Positions 57,950 to 64,000 of a stretch of 64,000 nucleotides of DNA are shown in pieces. Under the pieces are notes generated by a model. It was not told the origin of the DNA, made no database searches, and saw only the letters and a list, made by a program, of their open reading frames with translations. This stretch comes from a virus, in IMG/VR virus record IMGVR_UViG_3300027131_000001. The stretch is one strand, 5' to 3'. The position numbers and the translations under genes were made by a program. Positions within the stretch are counted from its first letter, which is position 1; each line of letters opens with the position of its first letter.

Positions 57950-58804
57950 TTACAACAATGCTGCTTCAAATAGTTGCTTGGTGATACTATCGCCCATCTG
58001 AATTTGTTTTAATCCAACAGGTATGTCAGATTCTTTTGGAACACAGAAAGCATTCCCCTCATATTTTAAATCTAGATTTTCTTCGTTAATAATATATCCT
58101 TCTGGCTCCCAAATATTTCTCATTTGTTTATTATGATTATTTGGATTGTATTTTGTGTATATGTGCCAAAAAGGAATATATCCTAGCTTATAAATCTTTT
58201 CCAATAGCTGATCATTACCCTTTTTGTTATTGAACTCAATATACAACAACGGCTTATGTTTCTTTATTAGCTTACTTGCACCGTTAAGAACATCTATCTC
58301 TAATCCTTCGACATCTAATTTAATTAGATCAAATTTATTTAAGTTAATATATTGATCAAGAGTAATAAGATTAGTATCAAGACCCTTGTCTGCACTATTA
58401 TTTACTTTAAACTCGCCGTAGTTGATTTTATGATCTACAAATGGATTAATGTTGACCATCTTAGCAATACCAGCTTTTGATGCAGCACCTGCATGTACTG
58501 GTATTGAATTATAGCAACCATTAATCAAAAGATTCGCTGCAAGCATTTCAAAAATATAGATCTGAGGCTCAATGGCAACTACATTGCCTTTATTACACTT
58601 CCTTGAGAAGTATACAGCATGAGTACCAATATTGGCACCAACATCAAGGACGTTTGAATTTTCTGTAAGGAAGTGATCAAAAAAGTCAAACTCTTGCTGA
58701 GCCCACTCACCATAATAATGAAGACAAGCACCAATTGGATCATCATTCTGAAAATGAATAAATGTGCCGTGCTTGGATTGAGTTTGCGCGATTGGATTAT
58801 GCAT
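57950..58804 (-). CDS. FkbM-family SAM-dependent methyltransferase (start re-called at 58804)
   Basis: VLDVGANIGTH; AIEPQ; LIKLDVEGLEIDVLNGA; P.LYIE. Confidence 0.9.
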   Translation of the reverse strand: MHNPIAQTQSKHGTFIHFQNDDPIGACLHYYGEWAQQEFDFFDHFLTENSNVLDVGANIGTHAVYFSRKCNKGNVVAIEPQIYIFEMLAANLLINGCYNSIPVHAGAASKAGIAKMVNINPFVDHKINYGEFKVNNSADKGLDTNLITLDQYINLNKFDLIKLDVEGLEIDVLNGASKLIKKHKPLLYIEFNNKKGNDQLLEKIYKLGYIPFWHIYTKYNPNNHNKQMRNIWEPEGYIINEENLDLKYEGNAFCVPKESDIPVGLKQIQMGDSITKQLFEAALL

Positions 58805-58816
58805 AATATAAAAAGT

Positions 58817-58891
58817 TGGTAGCGGGGAGTGGAGTCGCACCACTGACCTCGGGATTATGAGCCCCACGCTCTTCTACTGAGCTACCCCGCA
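58817..58891 (-). tRNA. tRNA-Met(CAU), initiator-like, with encoded CCA
   Basis: TGCGGGGTAGCTCAGTAGAAGAGCGTGGGGCTCATAATCCCGAGGTCAGTGGTGCGACTCCACTCCCCGCTACCA. Position 1:72 is mismatched and the anticodon stem is G-rich. Confidence 0.88.
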
Positions 58892-59292
58892 ATGTTTAAT
58901 TGTAAATGTTTCCTGTGCACCTTGCACATGATCCATGAATTGTAGTATTTAGTTGGGTTTGCAAGGACGTCAAATTGATATTGATACTTTGCTTCGTAGT
59001 AAGTACATTCACCCTTGTTCTTACATAATCGAAGTATTTCACGTTTAAAGTGATCTACTCCAATTATTTCAATATCTTTTCGAAGTTCTTCATTCGATCC
59101 GAAGTATGACTGCCAATCAGACTCTGCTTTGTATCTCTTTTTCTTTCCTTTTACTTGCCTGGTCTTCATTGAATAAAATAGTTTCTTACCTATGTACTCA
59201 CGACCAGAAATAGTATTGGTTATTCTATAGACGAACCCGTAACACCCTTCTGGGATCATTGTAACTGGTCCATCTTCAAATGTCCACATCAA
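58882..59292 (-). CDS. GIY-YIG family endonuclease
   Basis: YGFVYRITN..GREYIGKK; YFGS; FKREIL; YYN. Confidence 0.8.
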   Translation of the reverse strand: MMWTFEDGPVTMIPEGCYGFVYRITNTISGREYIGKKLFYSMKTRQVKGKKKRYKAESDWQSYFGSNEELRKDIEIIGVDHFKREILRLCKNKGECTYYEAKYQYQFDVLANPTKYYNSWIMCKVHRKHLQLNIAG

Positions 59293-59453
59293 TCGTCTAA
59301 TCTATCTTCGTCGTAAAACTCTTCATCAAATTCACTATCTAGTTCAGGATCAATTACTGACCCGCAGTATGGACAGTACATTATCTCTTCGTCTATATTA
59401 TAACCTTCGACAGAGAAGTCTGCCTCGCACATTCTACAGCTATGTGATTTCAT
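59289..59453 (-). CDS. Small Zn-ribbon protein (54 aa; absent from the ORF track)
   Basis: MKSHSCRMCEADF...YCPYCGS plus an acidic tail. Confidence 0.7.
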   Translation of the reverse strand: MKSHSCRMCEADFSVEGYNIDEEIMYCPYCGSVIDPELDSEFDEEFYDEDRLDD

Positions 59454-59896
59454 AACTCACTCCTTCTTTGCAACTCTGATATATATGTTCTGTCTCTTAG
59501 TTCAGTTGTACTAAAATTATGAGACCTTGAGTTGTAATGTAACTTAATACCTCTATCAACACATATTGTTTTACCTGTGAATGGTTTGTCTTTGTATTCT
59601 TCACCAAGGAAACGAACATTGATCGGAAGAAGCATCAGCAGATCTTCCAAGTCTTTTTCCGTATCATATACAACAAACTCGTCAACATACTTGACGGCTT
59701 GTATTTGAATACATCTCTCAACAATAGATTGTATTGGTTTGTTTTTTGATTTAGGTCTGTCGATTGTTGGGTCAGATTGAATCCCAACAATTAGATAGTC
59801 ACAATGATCCCGAATCTCTTTTAACATTAAGATATGACCCGCATGAAGCATATCAAATGTTGAGCATGTAAATCCTTTTACTTCACCACTATACAT
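59450..59896 (-). CDS. Cytidylyltransferase (TagD-like)
   Basis: STFDMLHAGH; LIVGIQSD; ER..YVDE; FSTTELR. Confidence 0.88.
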   Translation of the reverse strand: MYSGEVKGFTCSTFDMLHAGHILMLKEIRDHCDYLIVGIQSDPTIDRPKSKNKPIQSIVERCIQIQAVKYVDEFVVYDTEKDLEDLLMLLPINVRFLGEEYKDKPFTGKTICVDRGIKLHYNSRSHNFSTTELRDRTYISELQRRSEL

Positions 59897-59912
59897 AACA
59901 ACTCCTAATATT

Positions 59913-60206
59913 TTAACTTCCAAGATCTGGATTACTTCCACCTTCACCAACTCCTAATACACATGCAAGTCTTGCATCATATTCTACAACTGTCCAGGTC
60001 TTCTTTGTTTTATTTACAAGCAAAGTAATATGTGTTCCACGGTCAGTCTTACCAACCCAGATTGGAGACTCTCCGTATTTTAGGGTAAACTCACTCATAA
60101 TAAAGTCTGCATTACTGCATTTCATTTCTTTGGTTAGATGTATAACTTCCTGAGCATATAACATGCTAGAAAATAATGCAATCAGAAATACTAATTTACG
60201 CTTCAT
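59913..60206 (-). CDS. Secreted hypothetical protein
   Basis: Sec-type signal peptide; YGE.P.W.G..TWT..EY..ACVLG.G. Confidence 0.65.
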   Translation of the reverse strand: MKRKLVFLIALFSSMLYAQEVIHLTKEMKCSNADFIMSEFTLKYGESPIWVGKTDRGTHITLLVNKTKKTWTVVEYDARLACVLGVGEGGSNPDLGS

Positions 60207-60221
60207 GATTGATCCTTAAAA

Positions 60222-60250
60222 AGAAAAAGGGGCATATAGCCCCTTTTATT
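60222..60250. terminator. Intrinsic terminator after the beta-barrel gene
   Basis: AAAAGGGGC-ATATA-GCCCCTTTT. Confidence 0.8.
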
Positions 60251-60272
60251 GTTACTACACTATTATATAGTA

Positions 60273-60818
60273 TTAGAATCTGCGCGTATATTGTAAACGC
60301 ACTGCATCTTTTTCTTCATCACCCCAGCTACGGCTCCAACGAACTGCAACTGCATCTTGTTTTGTCAGTTCATACCCAACCGCAACATGAGCGCGCTGTG
60401 TTGCGTAGTTGTTAGATGTATCGATAGCATCACGGTAGCGAAAGCCAACATCACTAGTGAACCCAGCACCAAGAGGAACTTTAACACCTGCATCAATTGC
60501 ATAGTGACTAAAATGAGTAGAGCTAGATACCCTTTCACCTAAACGACCACCAAGGTAGAAGATATCAAATGAACGTCTAACACGAACTTCCATTCCTTGT
60601 GAAATAGAACCACTACCAAGTGCTGTTTGGCTGTTTTCCAGTTTAAGGCTGTAATCCATAGCGCCTTCTTTGATACCAACAACCAAACCTTCTTTAATAT
60701 TGTCTACGTCTGTTGCACGGTTTGTTTCATTAGAGTATTCCAATGATGTATAACCACCCGCCATAGCGGAACCAACTGCCATCAAACTTACAAGCAAAAC
60801 TGCTTTTACTAACTTCAT
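60273..60818 (-). CDS. Outer-membrane beta-barrel protein (porin/OmpA-like membrane domain)
   Basis: Signal peptide ending AMA|. Alternating amphipathic strands. C-terminal YTRRF fits a BAM beta-signal. Confidence 0.75.
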   Translation of the reverse strand: MKLVKAVLLVSLMAVGSAMAGGYTSLEYSNETNRATDVDNIKEGLVVGIKEGAMDYSLKLENSQTALGSGSISQGMEVRVRRSFDIFYLGGRLGERVSSSTHFSHYAIDAGVKVPLGAGFTSDVGFRYRDAIDTSNNYATQRAHVAVGYELTKQDAVAVRWSRSWGDEEKDAVRLQYTRRF

Positions 60819-60835
60819 ACTTACTCCTTTTGTTA

Positions 60836-61822
60836 TTAGGCCGCCTTGGCCCAGACATTAGACCAATCTCCACTCAACGCGCCCTTTGCATAATCAGTTG
60901 CCCGATTCTCAAAGAAGTTTGTATGTGTAGGAGCATTGATCATCTCTTCAACCCACGGTAGTGGGTTTTTCTTTACCTTGAATATTCCCTTCAATCCAAG
61001 ACTAATTAATCGACGATCAGCAATATACCGAATGTATTGCTTAACGTCTGCATTTGTTAGATTTTCCATCAGGTTACAAGAGAACGCAAGATCAATAAAG
61101 TTATCTTCCAGACTGACCATCTTCTCTGCAATTGTGTATATTTCACCTTTCAACTTATCATTCCATATATCTCTATTCTCTTCAACATATGTACGAAACA
61201 GTTTAATCATTGACTCTGCATGCATTGTCTCATCAACTATCGACCACGTGATGATCTGACCCATCCCCTTCATCTTGCCGTGACGAGGAAAGTTCAGTAG
61301 CATAATGAAGCTCGAGAAAAGTTGCATCCCTTCCGTGAAAGCAGAGAATGCTGCAATCTGTTGTGCTATCGTCGTCGCGTCCTGGCCCGCAAGAGACAAG
61401 AAATAATCGTGCTTGTCTTTCATCTCCTTGTACTGCAGGAACTCGTCGTACGTTGAGTCCGGCATCCCTAAGGTTTCGATCAAATGACTGTAGGCAGCCA
61501 CATGAAGAGCTTCCCTGGCCGCAAAACCACTCAACATCATTCGAATCTCTGGTTGCGGGAAGTAGGGAAGATAGTTCTTTACATATCCACCCGCCACGTC
61601 CACGTCTCCTTGCGTAAAGAACCTGAAGATGTTTGTCAGGAAGTGTTTTTCTTGTTCGTTTAGTTTGTTTTTCCAATCTTTTACATCCTCTAGCATCGGT
61701 ACTTCCGTGTGTAGCCAATGGCTCTGTTCGTGTTTCAACCACGCATCATATGCCCAAGGATAGTTGAAAGGTTTAAAATAGTTGCGTTCGTCTGTTAATT
61801 TACTTTTTGCTTTTTTGATCAT
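60836..61822 (-). CDS. nrdB: Ribonucleotide reductase class Ia beta subunit
   Basis: FFTQGD; EALHVAAY; FTEGMQLFSSF; DETMH; NFFE. Confidence 0.97.
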   Translation of the reverse strand: MIKKAKSKLTDERNYFKPFNYPWAYDAWLKHEQSHWLHTEVPMLEDVKDWKNKLNEQEKHFLTNIFRFFTQGDVDVAGGYVKNYLPYFPQPEIRMMLSGFAAREALHVAAYSHLIETLGMPDSTYDEFLQYKEMKDKHDYFLSLAGQDATTIAQQIAAFSAFTEGMQLFSSFIMLLNFPRHGKMKGMGQIITWSIVDETMHAESMIKLFRTYVEENRDIWNDKLKGEIYTIAEKMVSLEDNFIDLAFSCNLMENLTNADVKQYIRYIADRRLISLGLKGIFKVKKNPLPWVEEMINAPTHTNFFENRATDYAKGALSGDWSNVWAKAA

Positions 61823-61994
61823 TGGTTTCTTTGTTTTTGTTCTTCTAGTTCTTGTTGTTCTAACTCCTCCAATCGGCCAATCAATACGCTAATTGCTGTA
61901 TGAATGTGACCAGTATCATGATCGAGTAACCTGCTTCTTAATATTACAATCTCCTCACTAAGACATCTTATTCGTTGTAATGTTGTTAGTGGGT

Positions 61995-62237
61995 TCATAG
62001 TAGCTCCTCCATTAGTTTTTCTTTTGAAAGTGCACCACCAATTCGCTTAACAATATTATTATGTTCGTCAAGCAGTATCAAGTGCGGTACACCTCTTATT
62101 CCGTATTCTATAGCAGCAGCAGTGTTCTGATCAACATCTATTACTTCTACAGGATATGGAAATTCAATATCTTCCATAGTTTTAGATAACATTTTACATG
62201 GTCCACACCATGAAGCTTCAAATTTTAACAGTCTCAT
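61995..62237 (-). CDS. Thioredoxin
   Basis: WCGPC active site; cis-Pro GVP. Confidence 0.92.
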   Translation of the reverse strand: MRLLKFEASWCGPCKMLSKTMEDIEFPYPVEVIDVDQNTAAAIEYGIRGVPHLILLDEHNNIVKRIGGALSKEKLMEELL

Positions 62238-62244
62238 ATATTTC

Positions 62245-62757
62245 CTATCTTACAGGCCAATGTTTATTAAATTTCTCAAAGTAGAACATCAGTTCTTCTT
62301 TCTCATCATCATAGTACTCACCGACATAATCTGATTTGACACGTGCATGAATATTCTCACACATGGCAACCAAAGTAATATTATCTCTGATATAGCCCCA
62401 ATCGTAGAGAACGTCAAGCATCCATTTCCAATTGCCGCCGCGAATGATACCTGCCTCCACCAATACTAGATCTTGGTATGGTCTAATGTCTCCTGATTGC
62501 ATCACCATTTTTTTAATGTAGTGATCAGGGGTTTCATCAGGATATGTGACGTCAACTGGGATTATATTTAGCATCTCACCTTTGCGAGACCAGGAGTGTG
62601 CAAGGTGCATCGCAACGGTAGCAGAGTAGTCAGGTGAGGCCATGATTACTGCTGTTGTTTGAGGATCAAAATCAGAGCTATCAACGATTGTTTCTAACCG
62701 TTGTATCAGCTCCCATTCTTTTTCTCTTGTGATAAAGTGTAGTGGTCTTCTGTTCAT
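62245..62757 (-). CDS. Phosphoribosyltransferase-fold hypothetical protein
   Basis: LVLVEAGIIRGGN resembles a degenerate PRPP-binding loop. Confidence 0.5.
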   Translation of the reverse strand: MNRRPLHFITREKEWELIQRLETIVDSSDFDPQTTAVIMASPDYSATVAMHLAHSWSRKGEMLNIIPVDVTYPDETPDHYIKKMVMQSGDIRPYQDLVLVEAGIIRGGNWKWMLDVLYDWGYIRDNITLVAMCENIHARVKSDYVGEYYDDEKEELMFYFEKFNKHWPVR

Positions 62758-62770
62758 TTATAAACTTCAT

Positions 62771-63097
62771 TTAAACTGTAAAGCTACTACCGCATCCGCA
62801 TGTTTGCTTGGCATTTGGGTTTTTAATAATGAACTCTTTGGTCATTAGTTCGTCTCTATAATCAATAGTTGCTCCCTGTAAGTATTGCATACTCATTGCA
62901 TCAACCATAATATCAAACTTACCAAGACTGACGTGGAAATCATCTTCATTGGTTTCCTGGTCAAAAGTGAACCCGTAGCTAAAACCAGAACAGCCACCAC
63001 CTTGAACAAACACTCTCAACCCCTTGATTGTAGGGTCGTTCTCGTCAATGTATAAATCTGTAATCTTTTCTTTTGCTTTATCAGAAATTGATATCAT
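62771..63097 (-). CDS. erpA: Fe-S cluster insertion protein ErpA/IscA
   Basis: LRVFVQGGGCSGFSYGFTFD; DAMSMQYL.GA.IDY; NPNAKQTCGCGSSF. Confidence 0.93.
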   Translation of the reverse strand: MISISDKAKEKITDLYIDENDPTIKGLRVFVQGGGCSGFSYGFTFDQETNEDDFHVSLGKFDIMVDAMSMQYLQGATIDYRDELMTKEFIIKNPNAKQTCGCGSSFTV

Positions 63098-63733
63098 TTA
63101 TTTTTCCATTAGCTTGTTGACAAACTCTAGTAATTTGGGTTGATGATTAACGTACTTGCCTTTCATGTATGAATAGCTACCGTACCACCACTCCTCAGCT
63201 TCCGGATGGCAACCAATCAATCCAATGTTACCTTGAATAGCAGCCATCACATCATCATTAGCATACTTAGAAACTAATTCAAACTTACTATAGTCTCCTA
63301 CAATAGCACAACCATCATAAAAGAACATATTTGCCTCCTGACCGTGCCAGTACACTTTTAGGTTCTTTGCATGAGGTCTTTTGGTGTCTGTGTTTGGCCG
63401 TGTAATATATTGAACGGTATCGATTCCGTCTAAGATGTCTAGATAATGACTTCCAGCCCAGTAAGCACCCATGCAAATACCAATATATTTACCACCGTCA
63501 GTAACAAACTTCTTTACTCTTTCAGTATTATTCTTAAATAGTTGGTAAAATGTATCTGCATCACCTATTCCGCCAGGAACAATAACCATATCAACATCAT
63601 CAAAGAAACATTCTTCTACTCTATTCTTAGAAAACAACTTTATATTATACTGACCGTCAAGTGATCTGATTACAGCATTACAGCACTGTACAGAACACTT
63701 GGGGTCATACACAAACAGTGCAATTGTTTTCAT
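63098..63733 (-). CDS. BPL_N / class I glutamine amidotransferase-like protein
   Basis: VPGG; GGKYIGICMGAYWA; GCHPE. Confidence 0.85.
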   Translation of the reverse strand: MKTIALFVYDPKCSVQCCNAVIRSLDGQYNIKLFSKNRVEECFFDDVDMVIVPGGIGDADTFYQLFKNNTERVKKFVTDGGKYIGICMGAYWAGSHYLDILDGIDTVQYITRPNTDTKRPHAKNLKVYWHGQEANMFFYDGCAIVGDYSKFELVSKYANDDVMAAIQGNIGLIGCHPEAEEWWYGSYSYMKGKYVNHQPKLLEFVNKLMEK

Positions 63734-64000
63734 CTATCCTTCACAGGCCAAACAAACATCGTCGTTCTGAGCAAGTGCTTTCAGGTCAATCTCTTCAATT
63801 ACTCTTCTTTCAATCTTCTTTGACACCTTATCAGCCTTGCCAATCTTCTCGCTTCTGCAATAATAAAGGCTCTTGAGCCCCGCTTTCCATGCCTGGAAGT
63901 GAACTGCATGCAAATATCTAATATCAACAGTTGGTCTAAAGAATAGATTGAGTGATTGAGCCTGATCAATATATTCTTGTCTATCAGCAGCATGTTGAAT
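63734..64000 (-). CDS. nrdA: Ribonucleotide reductase alpha subunit, 3' end (partial)
   Basis: Hand translation ..ADRQEYIDQAQSLNLFF..AWKAGLKSLYYCRS..DDVCLACEG*. Confidence 0.95.
   Translation of the reverse strand: MQHAADRQEYIDQAQSLNLFFRPTVDIRYLHAVHFQAWKAGLKSLYYCRSEKIGKADKVSKKIERRVIEEIDLKALAQNDDVCLACEG

Noticed and set aside
58805-58867. N-terminal extension of the FkbM ORF
   Set aside because: Runs through the tRNA-Met gene. ATG 58804 is preferred.
61233-61742. 169-aa alternative-frame ORF in nrdB
   Set aside because: No motifs; explained by the local GC-rich codon usage.
1-64000. Stop-codon reassignment
   Set aside because: Core genes are full length under the standard code, and TAA, TAG and TGA all end conserved genes at expected positions.

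Overview
This is a 64-kb segment of a large T4-like myovirus genome using the standard genetic code. The host is probably a betaproteobacterium, an inference from the tmRNA tag (ANDEQFALAA) and the PqqA sequence. Bases 1-22.4 kb (minus strand) carry tail-fibre and baseplate genes: two fibre genes, a 2327-aa VrlC-like protein with an internal Hint domain, and gp8, gp7, gp6, gp25, gp5, a gp27-like hub, gp53 and gp48. Bases 22.4-27.5 kb (plus strand) carry gp4, gp2, a gp54-like gene, gp26, gp51 and a tape-measure-like protein with a muramidase domain. Bases 27.5-32.5 kb hold gp32, gp59, gp33 and a SleB-like hydrolase, plus an unannotated cassette: a circularly permuted two-piece tmRNA, a pqqA peptide gene, a DUF2061-like gene and two cupin-like paralogues. 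Bases 32.5-51 kb are a hypervariable early region of small ORFs; five of its promoters share an upstream box at fixed spacing. Bases 51-64 kb hold envelope and sugar-modifying genes, an exonuclease, rnh, tRNA-Met, a GIY-YIG nuclease, an outer-membrane beta-barrel, nrdB, thioredoxin, erpA and the 3' end of nrdA. The main observations are (1) the permuted tmRNA and the adjacent pqqA, which share a covarying 39-nt hairpin module exactly 9 nt after their stop codons; (2) a probable -1 frameshift fusing gp26 to gp51 just upstream of the tape measure gene; (3) the promoter family with a box at about -61; and (4) a Hint domain in a virion protein. All calls come from reading motifs by eye; no searches were run.
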